From contig JBNJGH010000084.1 of the NCBI GenBank assembly GCA_051747585.1, positions 1-14,639 of the forward strand: a stretch of DNA of 14,639 bases. Reading direction: 5' to 3'. The stretch is from Candidatus Rifleibacteriota bacterium. Its GTDB lineage: Bacteria; Muiribacteriota; Ozemobacteria; Ozemobacterales; Ozemobacteraceae. The translations under genes were made by a program, and so were the position numbers. The notes under the pieces were generated by a model. That model was not told the DNA's origin. It searched no databases and worked only from the letters and a program-made list of their open reading frames with translations. This document shows positions 1-9,248 of this stretch, one piece after another (positions within the stretch are counted from its first letter, which is position 1; each line of letters starts with the position of its first letter).

Positions 1-254
1 AAACTCATGAATTAGTTGAAGAAGAACCCGAAGAAGAAATAGAAGATATCGAAGATGCTGAAACAGTAGAAAATGAAGAAGAAGAAGAAGAAGAAGAAGA
101 AGAAATAGAAAAGCCTGAGAATGAAAAGCCTTCGACAAAAGCAAAGCGCAAGAAGAAAGAAAAGGATACAGCCAAACAAAAGGCAAAAGCTGCTAAAAAA
201 AGCAAAGAAAAAGAACCTGAGGACGTCGAAAAAGCTGACTCCGATAAGGAATAG
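1..254 (+). CDS. 3' end of an unidentified protein (low-complexity Glu-rich then Lys-rich tail), partial at window edge
   Basis: Frame starting at nt 3 is open: THELVEEEPEEEIEDIEDAETVENEEEEEEEEEEIEKPENEKPSTKAKRKKKEKDTAKQKAKAAKKSKEKEPEDVEKADSDKE, TAG at 252-254. A terminator hairpin follows. The listed 5..367 minus ORF is its antisense shadow. Confidence 0.8.
   Translation, partial: THELVEEEPEEEIEDIEDAETVENEEEEEEEEEEIEKPENEKPSTKAKRKKKEKDTAKQKAKAAKKSKEKEPEDVEKADSDKE
75..104 (+). repeat. Perfect (GAA)10 trinucleotide repeat encoding poly-Glu
   Basis: Ten uninterrupted GAA codons, in frame with the edge CDS. Confidence 0.95.
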
Positions 255-391
255 ATAAAAAAGTATTTTTTGAGCCGGTCGAAGTAAAGCAATCTAAATG
301 TCTTGAAACGGTTTCTACAAACAAATGGATAATTTCTGTAAATGATTTGATAAGTGTGAAAACACATCAGGTTCTCTTTAACTTTATAAGA

Positions 392-426
392 AAACCCGAC
401 TGTCTCTTTATGAGACAGTCGGGTTT
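392..426. terminator. Intrinsic terminator, probably bidirectional
   Basis: Perfect 15-bp inverted repeat AAACCCGACTGTCTC-tttat-GAGACAGTCGGGTTT with A/T-rich ends, between convergent genes. Confidence 0.85.
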
Positions 427-453
427 ATCTTGTGACTATATTTTATATTTTAA

Positions 454-2952
454 TCAGTTATTAAAATTATGCATGCGGTCAAAATTAATCATCTGATTAA
501 ACATGATATCGATACGCTCTATCGACTCACTGTTATGTTGAGCGATCAAGGCGCGTATAATATCTATCTGTTCAGGATCATTTTCAACCTTAGTTCTAAT
601 CTTTCTAAGTAACTTGCCTGAAAGGTTTTCAAATCGCTCTGCTTTGATTTCATAATCATCAATTTCATCAATAGAAGCAACGATATCCAACAGTTCTTTC
701 AAGCTCTTTTCTTTTGAAAGGCTGAGCCATTTGGTGATATTTCGATTAAATTCTATGGTGTCAAGGTCAGAAGGATTGTTATAATAAACATCCATATAAA
801 GCTGGTCACCGATACAGGCTACTCTGCCTGAGTCAAGATCTTCTGTTGCCGCAAGCGGTATAATAGAGCTACCGCTTGCATAAATATAACCATCGTTCAT
901 TTCATCAACGTCGGCGTTATAAACGTCGTCGTCTCCGACGGCAATAAGCTTAACGCCGCTTGATGGTTTCAAAGCTTTATAATCACTGTTTACCAGGCTG
1001 CATGCGCTTTTGGTAAGAAGTTTTTTAATTCCATTGCCGGTAATAGCAGGAGTTGGGAATTCACTGACGAAAAATCTCCAGGGTGGCCCTGTGTTATCGC
1101 TGGGGTCACACATCTGGTCGTCGTTAAACCTGATTTTACTGCCTACAACTTCAAGCACATCGTTTAACATATCCGGATTGGATAAATTACGATAATCTGC
1201 TTTGCAAAACATGAGAATCGAACCGCCGGAATTGCTGTAACGCTTTAATGCTGCGAGCTCGTCTCTGGTAAAGTCTTTCTCCGGATGAGGGATACAAACT
1301 ACAAAAGCATCTTTAATTTTATTATAAGTTATGCCTTTGTAGATACTCTTCATCTGGAAACCATCTTCGTTATAAAGATCCATTTTCATTCCGGCAAATT
1401 TGCCTTTGTAATAATCAACATTGCCGTGCGATGTATCAACCATGAAAAGCTTGGAGTTAACTTTGATGTTTAAAGAAGCTGTATCTACAATTGTATCGCC
1501 TTTCTTGAGAATGGCTATAAGCTCAACATCACCAAGCCAGGTCATTTCGGTTGCGATTACCGCTTCAACAGCTGAGTCTGCCGGTAGTGAAGAAAATTCG
1601 ACTTTATCGATTAAATTTTTAGGACTCATCGCTGAATGATATAATTCAATTTTGAAGCCTTTTGCCGTTTTTTCAGAGGGGTTAAAGACAGGAAGCAATA
1701 CTTTGAAAGGATGCTTCATATAAATCTTTTCGTAATTAGTTGCGAAACTCTGAATTTCAGGTAACGGCTCGCCTGACCCCTTAGGCGTAGTAACCGTTCC
1801 CTTGATGGAAATATCCTTGGAGGTTTCGCGGGGATCTCGGCTTATAGCTTTAAATTTATAAGTAGTCTCTGGTTTAAGACCGGTAAGAGTTACGGTATGA
1901 ACTTTAACTTCGTGTTTGTTATTTTTACTTTCGCTATAGCTGGTGGTGCCATATTCAATAGCAGTTGTTCCGGCTCTATTAGTAGACCATTGAATAGTGG
2001 CTGAATTAGAAGTTAAAGAAATAATTTCAGGATCTTTAGCAAACTCAAGAGGGCTGTGTTTTGTAACAAATTCTATTGTTTTTCCATCGGTAAAACTTTC
2101 GATGGTGCCGTCTTTATCTGTTCTAAAGGATTTTATGTTAAGGTATTCATAGCGATCAAGTATTTCCTGGTTCGGATGCCCGAATGAGTTGCCTTCGCCT
2201 ACGCTTATGGTCGCATATTCAGGTTCAACCAGGTCAAGAAATGCATGAGTAGAGGAAGTTCTACTGCCGTGGTGGCCGCTTTTCAATACTGTAGATTTAA
2301 GCTTGCGACTGTGAGCATCTATCACTGCCTGCTCTGCATTCTTTTCCGCATCACCGGGAAATAAATAAGAAATTTTGTCGGCAGTAACTTTTAAAATAAT
2401 AGAATTTTCATTTTGATTTGTTTTAAAAACATCAGAACTTGATTTTGCACCTTCAGCACAGAAAAGAACTTCTGCTTTTATTCCTTTGCCGAAATCAAGC
2501 TTGTCACCGGGTTTTGCTTTAACATAAGGAATCTCTTTTTCTTTGATCAGGTTTAGCATGGTTTGATAAGTACTACCTGCACCTGCTTTGGTTCCATCTT
2601 CTGCTGAGGCGTCATTGTCGGTCGAATAATAGAATTGATCGAAAGTGACGTTTGTTAAAAGCTCGATAAAACCACCAAAGTGGTCTCGGTGAGGGTGAGT
2701 TATTATCGCCGTATCGATATGGCTTATTCCTTCTCTTTTAAGATAGGGGATAATATACTTCTTGGCTGCATCGTCGTTATCATCGCCGGCATCAATCATG
2801 ATGGTTTTTTCTGCGGTGCGGATAATGGTACAATCCCCCTGCTCTACATCGAGGAAGGTTACCTGCATCACTGGGTCTGCTGCCGGGAGAGTAACACAAA
2901 TTAAAAGAAAGGCAAGTGCTACAAGTCCAAGGCGCGCGGTTCTGCTATTCAT
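454..2952 (-). CDS. Secreted ComEC/Rec2-type metallo-beta-lactamase-fold hydrolase (probable nuclease) with FN3, Ig-like and C-terminal alpha/beta (DUF4350/GATase-like) domains
   Basis: Signal peptide MNSRTARLGLVALAFLLICVTLPAA. ComEC-MBL motifs FLDVEQGD, IDAG, THPHRDHFGG, NENSI, GDAE, GHHGSRTSS, FGHP. FN3-like SATIQWSTN..YG..HTVTLTGLKPETTYKF. C-terminal DTSHGN..GGSILM..GRVACIGD. No multi-TM competence channel domain. Confidence 0.8.
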   Translation of the reverse strand: MNSRTARLGLVALAFLLICVTLPAADPVMQVTFLDVEQGDCTIIRTAEKTIMIDAGDDNDDAAKKYIIPYLKREGISHIDTAIITHPHRDHFGGFIELLTNVTFDQFYYSTDNDASAEDGTKAGAGSTYQTMLNLIKEKEIPYVKAKPGDKLDFGKGIKAEVLFCAEGAKSSSDVFKTNQNENSIILKVTADKISYLFPGDAEKNAEQAVIDAHSRKLKSTVLKSGHHGSRTSSTHAFLDLVEPEYATISVGEGNSFGHPNQEILDRYEYLNIKSFRTDKDGTIESFTDGKTIEFVTKHSPLEFAKDPEIISLTSNSATIQWSTNRAGTTAIEYGTTSYSESKNNKHEVKVHTVTLTGLKPETTYKFKAISRDPRETSKDISIKGTVTTPKGSGEPLPEIQSFATNYEKIYMKHPFKVLLPVFNPSEKTAKGFKIELYHSAMSPKNLIDKVEFSSLPADSAVEAVIATEMTWLGDVELIAILKKGDTIVDTASLNIKVNSKLFMVDTSHGNVDYYKGKFAGMKMDLYNEDGFQMKSIYKGITYNKIKDAFVVCIPHPEKDFTRDELAALKRYSNSGGSILMFCKADYRNLSNPDMLNDVLEVVGSKIRFNDDQMCDPSDNTGPPWRFFVSEFPTPAITGNGIKKLLTKSACSLVNSDYKALKPSSGVKLIAVGDDDVYNADVDEMNDGYIYASGSSIIPLAATEDLDSGRVACIGDQLYMDVYYNNPSDLDTIEFNRNITKWLSLSKEKSLKELLDIVASIDEIDDYEIKAERFENLSGKLLRKIRTKVENDPEQIDIIRALIAQHNSESIERIDIMFNQMINFDRMHNFNN

Positions 2953-2997
2953 ACTCTTATACTCCTTGTCGCGCTAAAACATTAGCTAACTAATCCA

Positions 2998-3018
2998 TTA
3001 TACTAACTTTATACTAAC
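2998..3018 (-). repeat. Direct repeat GTTAGTATAA x2 with 11-bp period, candidate operator
   Basis: TTATACTAAC at 2998-3007 and 3009-3018 on the + strand, immediately downstream of the -10 box. Confidence 0.5.
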
Positions 3019-3019
3019 A

Positions 3020-3048
3020 ATTCTACTGAGTGTACGGGGAAGTGTCAA
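3020..3048 (-). promoter_or_regulatory. Sigma70-type promoter for the MBL hydrolase gene
   Basis: Minus strand TTGACA (3048-3043), 17-nt spacer, TAGAAT (3025-3020). An AAGGAG SD precedes the ATG at 2952. Confidence 0.75.
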
Positions 3049-3087
3049 GACAGAGAGGAACTTTTTTGCTACCGTTTTAGGGCTCTT

Positions 3088-5370
3088 TTATCCGCATCTT
3101 GAAAAACCACAGCTTCGGCAGATAACACAACCGCCTTCATGTTCCAGCGGTTCATTGCATTCCGGGCAGCTGGAACCGGGAGTTGTATTGTCCATCAAAA
3201 GATCGGGCTTTTCTTTGGAAGATTTTGCGCTGGCGGCAGACTTTTTAAAAGTATCTTTTGCCGAGAGGTGGTATTGTTCTATGGCTTTGCCAATGGCATC
3301 GGGGCATGACAACACTTTTATTCCGCCTGACATTGCAGCTTTTTTTATTGTCGACATGCATCTTATGCCTTTTAGCTGGTCAATAATTTCTTGAACATCA
3401 ACCCCGGCTCTCAATGCCATAGATGCAAGTCTTGCTGCAGCTTCCGATTGAGATGGGCACCCGCCACCACGACCAAGACTGGTAAATATTTCACAGATTC
3501 CGTTTTCATCTGAATTTACAGTTACATACAAGCTGCCACAACCAATCTTGACCTTTTCGGTAGCACCTATTGTTCGCTCGGGCCTTGGTCGCGGAGTAGC
3601 CATGGTTTTGCTCAGGTTTTCGCCTTTTTTGTTTTTGCCAAGGTTCAAAACCTGCTCTTCTCGCGAGCCGTCACGATAAACGGTTACACCTTTGCACCCA
3701 AGGGTGTGTGCCATTTTGAAAACAGTTTCAACATCTTTTTTTGTGGCCTCGAAAGGAAAATTCACAGTTTTGCTGACTGCATTATCGGTATGTTTTTGAA
3801 AGGCTGCCTGTGCTCTTATATGCCATTCAGGAGTAATGTTATGACTGGTAACAAAATTTCGGGCAACTTCATCAGGAACCTCAGGAATATCCTGAAGATT
3901 ATCACCATGTGCCAGTTTTTCTAAAAGTTCATCCGAATAAAAGCCTTGCTCACGGGCGATTTTTACAAAATCCTGATGCACCTCTATGAGCTTTTCATTT
4001 TCCATTACATGTTTTTCATAAGCAACGGCAAAAAGAGGCTCTATTCCACTCGAACAACCGGCAATCAAACTTATGGTTCCTGTCGGGGCAATTGTTGTTA
4101 CGGTGGCATTTCTTAAAGGTGCCATATTTTTTTCGGCAAAGACGGACTTGTCTATATTGGGAAACGTGCCCCTTTCTTTAGCCAGATTTTGCGATGCCGT
4201 CCAGGCTTCACGCTTTACGAATCCCATTACTTTGTCTGCAAGTTCCAATGCACGCTCAGAGTCGTAGGGAATGCCGAGTTTTATGAGCATATCAGCCCAA
4301 CCCATAACGCCGAGACCAATTTTGCGATTTGATTTCGTGGTTTTGTCAATTTCAGGTATAGGGTATTTATTCTGATCTATTACGTTATCGAGAAAGCGTA
4401 CCGAATAGCCTATAATTTCACGCAATCTTTTGTAATCTACCGAGATTTTCTCATCTTTTTGTTTTACAAAACGGGCTAAATTAATAGAACCCAGATTACA
4501 TGATTCAAAAGGCAGTAAAGGCTGTTCGCCGCAGGGATTTGTCGATTCTATTTCGCCAAGGCCGGGAGTAGGTTGATGACGATTGATTCGGTCAATAAAA
4601 ACTATTCCGGGTTCGCCATTCCTCCATGATCTTTCTACTATCATGTGAAAAACTTTTGTAGCCTTTAAAGAACGCACGGTTTCGCCTGTGCGAGGGTTGA
4701 TTAAATTATATTCTCCGTCGCGATCGAGGGCTTCCATAAATTTATCTGTTACCGCAACTGAAATATTGAAATTGGTAAGGTCGGAGTTCTTTTCTTTGGC
4801 GGTTATAAACTCAAGAATATCAGGGTGATCGATTCTTAGTATTCCCATGTTGGCGCCACGCCTGGTTCCACCCTGCTTAATGGTTTCGGTGGCAGTATTG
4901 AAAACTTTCATGAAAGATATAGGGCCTGAACTTACGCCTGAGGTAGAAGAAACAATATCGTTGGCAGGTCGTAGACGTGAAAAACTAAACCCCGTACCTC
5001 CACCTGATTTGTGTATAAGTGCTGCATTTTTTACCGCATCAAAAATGCCTTCCATAGAGTCTTCTACCGGAAGAACAAAACAGGCGGAAAGTTGGCCGAG
5101 TTCTTTGCCAGCATTCATGAGTGTGGGGCTGTTAGGCAAAAAATCGAGATCGGTCATAATCTTGAAAAATTTTTCTTCAAGCTCTTCGGCATCTATGCTT
5201 GATTTGTGATAATTATTTTCAGCTGCTGCTATATGTTTTGCAACCCGGCGAAAAAGCCCTTCAATTGTTTCGGTTGGTTTGCCGTCAGGGCCGCGGGTTA
5301 AATACCTTTTAGCCAGAACTTTTTGCGCATTGGGAGAAAAACGATGAGAAAGAGTCGTAGTTGGATTCAT
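3088..5370 (-). CDS. nrdJ: Vitamin B12-dependent (class II) ribonucleotide reductase with C-terminal TSCPD/zinc-ribbon domain
   Basis: PNSPTLMNAG, QLSACFV, GGGTG, RRGANM, TNPCGEQPL (thiyl radical Cys), TIAPTGT, KGVTVYRDGSR. C-terminal SCPDAI and CPEC..GCVICRSCGFSRCG. No N-terminal ATP cone visible. Confidence 0.95.
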   Translation of the reverse strand: MNPTTTLSHRFSPNAQKVLAKRYLTRGPDGKPTETIEGLFRRVAKHIAAAENNYHKSSIDAEELEEKFFKIMTDLDFLPNSPTLMNAGKELGQLSACFVLPVEDSMEGIFDAVKNAALIHKSGGGTGFSFSRLRPANDIVSSTSGVSSGPISFMKVFNTATETIKQGGTRRGANMGILRIDHPDILEFITAKEKNSDLTNFNISVAVTDKFMEALDRDGEYNLINPRTGETVRSLKATKVFHMIVERSWRNGEPGIVFIDRINRHQPTPGLGEIESTNPCGEQPLLPFESCNLGSINLARFVKQKDEKISVDYKRLREIIGYSVRFLDNVIDQNKYPIPEIDKTTKSNRKIGLGVMGWADMLIKLGIPYDSERALELADKVMGFVKREAWTASQNLAKERGTFPNIDKSVFAEKNMAPLRNATVTTIAPTGTISLIAGCSSGIEPLFAVAYEKHVMENEKLIEVHQDFVKIAREQGFYSDELLEKLAHGDNLQDIPEVPDEVARNFVTSHNITPEWHIRAQAAFQKHTDNAVSKTVNFPFEATKKDVETVFKMAHTLGCKGVTVYRDGSREEQVLNLGKNKKGENLSKTMATPRPRPERTIGATEKVKIGCGSLYVTVNSDENGICEIFTSLGRGGGCPSQSEAAARLASMALRAGVDVQEIIDQLKGIRCMSTIKKAAMSGGIKVLSCPDAIGKAIEQYHLSAKDTFKKSAASAKSSKEKPDLLMDNTTPGSSCPECNEPLEHEGGCVICRSCGFSRCG

Positions 5371-5390
5371 TTTGCCATCCTTTGAAAAGT

Positions 5391-6485
5391 TTATATTTTT
5401 TTCAATAAGGTCTTAAGAAAATCGGTAATTTTATTTTCAGGAACTTTAAATTCAGTTACCTCACCGATTTTTACCGGAAATATAAATTTAAAGCCTTCCT
5501 GGTCTTTTTTCTTATCCTGACACAAAGTATGTAGAATTTCATTTTTATCTAATTCACCCGGAATTTTTACCGGTAGATTAAATTCTTTTAGAATAGAAAC
5601 AAATGCCTGACGATAGTCTTCTTTGAGAATTCTGCTCTGGGCTGCACCATTGAGGGCCATCAGCATTCCAAGGCCAACCGCTTCGCCATGATGAAGTCTT
5701 ATGTAATTTCCCGCAGATTCGAGTGCATGCCCAAAACTGTGCCCATAATTAAGTTGATTTCGTATTCCCTTATCGAGTTCATCTTCAAGCACTATGGATT
5801 TTTTTATGTGAATCGATCTTCTTATAAGTCTTTGCATGAGGCTGAGGTCACAGGCTTTGATTGCTGCACAGTTCTTGGCAATAAATCTAAAATAGGCGGC
5901 ATCGGCAATTGCGCCATGTTTAAGTGCCTCTACCAGACCATAAGATAATTGGGTTAAGGGCAAGGTTTTTAAAACCGCAACATCGATTGCTGTCAGCATT
6001 GGCTGATAAAAAGTTCCGATAAGGTTTTTGCCCTGTTCGAGATTTACACCGGTTTTACCACCCACGCAGGCATCAACCATTGCCATAAGAGTTGTGGGTA
6101 TTAAAATCAGGGGAACGCCCCTTTTGTAGATCGATGCCGCAAAGGCTGTTATATCACAGGTGACCCCGCCACCAAGGGCAATAACCGGACAGTCCCGGTC
6201 TATTTCGAGCTCACATAAACGGTTGAGAATCTGGGTAACGGTTTCAAGATTTTTATACTTTTCACCATCTGCAATAATAATTTCATTAGCCTGAAAGCCC
6301 CTGTCACGCAATTGTAGCAAAAGAGGTTTTAAATACCATTTTGCAACAACTTCATTGGTAATTACGGCACACTTTTTGGCCGTTCTCGATCTATGTACCC
6401 TTGCGGCAATTTCTTTAAAAATATCGTTGCCCAGTAAAATTTCACTGGTTGTTGTCCTGTTAAAGCTGAGTTTTTGTGTTTCCAT
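5391..6485 (-). CDS. aroB: 3-dehydroquinate synthase
   Basis: DGEKYKNL, ALGGGVTCD, PTTLMAMVDACVGGKTGVN, GKNLIGTFYQP, LNYGHSFGHALE, HGEAVGLGM, DKK. Confidence 0.96.
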   Translation of the reverse strand: METQKLSFNRTTTSEILLGNDIFKEIAARVHRSRTAKKCAVITNEVVAKWYLKPLLLQLRDRGFQANEIIIADGEKYKNLETVTQILNRLCELEIDRDCPVIALGGGVTCDITAFAASIYKRGVPLILIPTTLMAMVDACVGGKTGVNLEQGKNLIGTFYQPMLTAIDVAVLKTLPLTQLSYGLVEALKHGAIADAAYFRFIAKNCAAIKACDLSLMQRLIRRSIHIKKSIVLEDELDKGIRNQLNYGHSFGHALESAGNYIRLHHGEAVGLGMLMALNGAAQSRILKEDYRQAFVSILKEFNLPVKIPGELDKNEILHTLCQDKKKDQEGFKFIFPVKIGEVTEFKVPENKITDFLKTLLKKI

Positions 6486-6490
6486 AGAAA

Positions 6491-7276
6491 TTAAGTTAAG
6501 GCAGATCCAAAGAGATTCTGAGCATTCTTCTGCAGTTTAGATTTTAATTGTTCCGGTTCGGTTCGTCTGAGCTGGCAGAGAAATTCAAAAGTATGCTTAA
6601 TGTATGCAGGTTCGTTACGTTTTCCCCTTTTAGGTTTCGGAGCCAGATAGGGGCAGTCGCTTTCCAGATGAATTAAATCATCGGGAAGAAATGTAAAAAC
6701 ATCTCTGGTAATATCTGAGTTTGGAAAGGTTAAAATTCCGCCAATAGAAAAGTGAAAACCCATATCTGCAGCTTTGCCGGCGATTCCGACATCACCTGAA
6801 AAACAATGAAGAAGAACTTTCGGCGGACAAGGCAATTCTTTTATGATGTCGAAGAATGTCTCAAAAGCTTCTCTTAAATGAACTACCACAGGAACTTTCA
6901 TTTCTGTAGCAAGTTGCCATAAAGCAGAAAAGGTTTCTTTTTGTTTTTCCGGCGATGAAAAGTCATAATAAAAATCAAGGCCTATTTCGCCAAGAGCAAC
7001 AACTCTGGGGTGTTGCAGCATCTTTTTGAGCTTTGCTATAGTTGGCTCCCCCGCATAGGTCTCCGAATCGTGGGGGTGGATTCCTGCGGCTGCATAACAG
7101 CATTCATATTTATCGGCCAGATTTATTGCCTGTTGTGAGGTTTCAAGGCAGGTGCCTGCATTTATAATTTTGCAGACATCTGCTTGTAATGCGTTTTTTA
7201 TTATAAGATCATGCTCATCTGCGAATTTCTCATCCTGCAGGTGAGCATGAACATCAATAAGAAAGCTTTTAGTCAT
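6491..7276 (-). CDS. tatD: TatD family DNase
   Basis: IDVHAHL, GIHPH, GEIGLDF, VHLRE, LHCFSG, ESDCPYLAP, RGKRNEP. Start overlaps the metG stop (TAATG). Confidence 0.95.
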   Translation of the reverse strand: MTKSFLIDVHAHLQDEKFADEHDLIIKNALQADVCKIINAGTCLETSQQAINLADKYECCYAAAGIHPHDSETYAGEPTIAKLKKMLQHPRVVALGEIGLDFYYDFSSPEKQKETFSALWQLATEMKVPVVVHLREAFETFFDIIKELPCPPKVLLHCFSGDVGIAGKAADMGFHFSIGGILTFPNSDITRDVFTFLPDDLIHLESDCPYLAPKPKRGKRNEPAYIKHTFEFLCQLRRTEPEQLKSKLQKNAQNLFGSALT

Positions 7277-9228
7277 TACTTAACTCTTATTCCGGTTTTT
7301 GCAATTTTATCGGGAGTTATTAGAGCCAGGCCACCATCTTCGGTTTGAGCAGCCAGGATCATACCGTGAGAAACAACACCTCTGATTTTTGCAGGTTTTA
7401 AGTTTTTAACCATTACAACCTGCTTGCCTATGAGCTCTTCACAGTTATAAAAGGCTGCAATTCCTGCCACCAGGCTTCTAGTTTCGTCGCCGATCGAAAC
7501 AGTCAGTTTAAGTAATCGGTCTGCATTTTCAACCTTTTCGGCAGTTTTAATTTCTGCTATGCACAGCTCTGTTTTCATGAAATCATCAAATTTAATTATT
7601 CCATCTGACTCTGCACTTGCAGCTTTGGCTTTATTGCCCTGGTTTTCCTGCTTTTTGCCTGAACCCTTGATTCCTTTTTTAAGTTTGGAGATACGTTCGG
7701 TTTCAAGTCTTGGAAAGAGTGGGGTGGGTTTGCTGCATTGGCTTTGATCTTTAAGCTGACCCCATTCAAGTTCAGGTAAACTTAAGAAGCCTTCTGAGCA
7801 ACCGATTTGTTCAAGAAACTGAGGGGCAATGTGGGGCATGAAAGGCTCAACCAGATGAGAAGCAAATCTTATGCCTTCACCGATAGTGTAAAAAACTTCG
7901 TCGAGTAGTTCGAAATTCTGTTCTTTTGCCAGTTTCCATGGAGCTGTTTCATCTATATATTTGTTCAAACGCTGTATAAGATCCCAGGTTCGTTTCAGGG
8001 CTTCATGAAACATATAGTTATTCATGGCTTCGACATAGTCTTTTTTGACTTCTGGAGCCATTTGCTGAATTTCTTTTGTTTCTTTTAAAGTGGCCGCTGT
8101 TTTATGAAATTTACCTTCACGGTTTTTTAGAATCATTGGCAGTGTACGTTGGCACAAATTGCCGTAATCATTAGCCAGATCAGCATTGTATCTGTTTATA
8201 AAGTTTTCTTCGGTGTAGCTTGCGTCCATGCCAAAAACCATTTCGCGGAACAGATAATAACGGAAAGGGTCTAAACCGAAATTTTTAACCAGCTCACGTG
8301 GATTAATAATATTACCGACGGATTTTGACATTTTGCCTTCACCGGTAACCCACCAACCATGGGCAAAAATAGTTTTCGGTAATGGCAGTTCGAGAGCCAT
8401 AAGCATTGTTGTCCAGTATACGGTATGGGTGGTAAGAATATCTTTGCCAATTAGATGACAATCAGCGGGCCATGTTTTGGCAAAGGTTTCTTCGTCAAAA
8501 GGGTAGCCTACCGCTGAAATATAGTTAGATAATGCATCGAACCAGACATAGGTAACGTATTCTTTATCGAATGGAAGCTCTATGCCCCATGACAGCCTAG
8601 TTTTTGGTCTCGATATACAAAGGTCACCCAGAGGCTGGCGCAAAAAGCCCAGAACCTCATTTTTTCTGATCTCGGGGCGGATAAAACCAGGATTTTCATT
8701 GATATAATCGATGAGTTTTTGCTGGTATGAAGACATTTTAAAGAAATAATTTTTTTCTTCAATTTCTTCTACTTCTCTTTTGCAATCCGGACATTTCTTT
8801 TCAGGAACTTCTTTTTCGGTCCAGAATCTTTCGCAGGGGGTACAATACCAACCGCTGTAATTATCTGAGTAGATGTCACCTTTTTCCCAGAGTTTGTTTA
8901 ATATATATTCGACGACCTTTATATGACGATCTTCGGTGGTTCTTATAAAGTCGTCGTATGTAATGTCGAGCAGTTCCCACAGGCTTTTGAATCGGTCTAC
9001 AAGCTTGTCTGTGTGCTGCTGTGGGGTTAAGCCCTTTTGCCGGGCTGCTTGTTCAACTTTCTGACCGTGTTCGTCAGAACCGGTTAAAAAGTGAACGCTT
9101 TTACCCATGTTTCTGTTGTAACGGCTGATTATATCTGCTGCCAGAGTAGAAAAGGCGTGACCGATGTGAAGTTCATCATTAGCGTAGTAAAGAGGGGTTG
9201 TGACATAAAAGCGTTTGCTGTAAGACAT
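7276..9228 (-). CDS. metG: Methionine--tRNA ligase with C-terminal tRNA-binding OB domain
   Basis: TTPLYYAN..HIGH, GSDEHGQK, zinc knuckle CTPC..CPDC, YVWFDAL, GKDI, KMSKS. C-terminal NLKPAKIRGVVSHGMILAA. Confidence 0.97.
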   Translation of the reverse strand: MSYSKRFYVTTPLYYANDELHIGHAFSTLAADIISRYNRNMGKSVHFLTGSDEHGQKVEQAARQKGLTPQQHTDKLVDRFKSLWELLDITYDDFIRTTEDRHIKVVEYILNKLWEKGDIYSDNYSGWYCTPCERFWTEKEVPEKKCPDCKREVEEIEEKNYFFKMSSYQQKLIDYINENPGFIRPEIRKNEVLGFLRQPLGDLCISRPKTRLSWGIELPFDKEYVTYVWFDALSNYISAVGYPFDEETFAKTWPADCHLIGKDILTTHTVYWTTMLMALELPLPKTIFAHGWWVTGEGKMSKSVGNIINPRELVKNFGLDPFRYYLFREMVFGMDASYTEENFINRYNADLANDYGNLCQRTLPMILKNREGKFHKTAATLKETKEIQQMAPEVKKDYVEAMNNYMFHEALKRTWDLIQRLNKYIDETAPWKLAKEQNFELLDEVFYTIGEGIRFASHLVEPFMPHIAPQFLEQIGCSEGFLSLPELEWGQLKDQSQCSKPTPLFPRLETERISKLKKGIKGSGKKQENQGNKAKAASAESDGIIKFDDFMKTELCIAEIKTAEKVENADRLLKLTVSIGDETRSLVAGIAAFYNCEELIGKQVVMVKNLKPAKIRGVVSHGMILAAQTEDGGLALITPDKIAKTGIRVK

Positions 9229-9248
9229 TAGATTACCTCATCATGGAT

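Noticed and set aside
5..367. 120-aa Ser/Phe-rich minus-strand ORF
   Set aside because: Antisense shadow of the GAA/AAA-rich + strand gene tail.
5371..9248. NrdR box or B12 riboswitch before nrdJ, and T-box/SAM leader before metG
   Set aside because: Both intergenic gaps are only 20 nt and show no matching motif.
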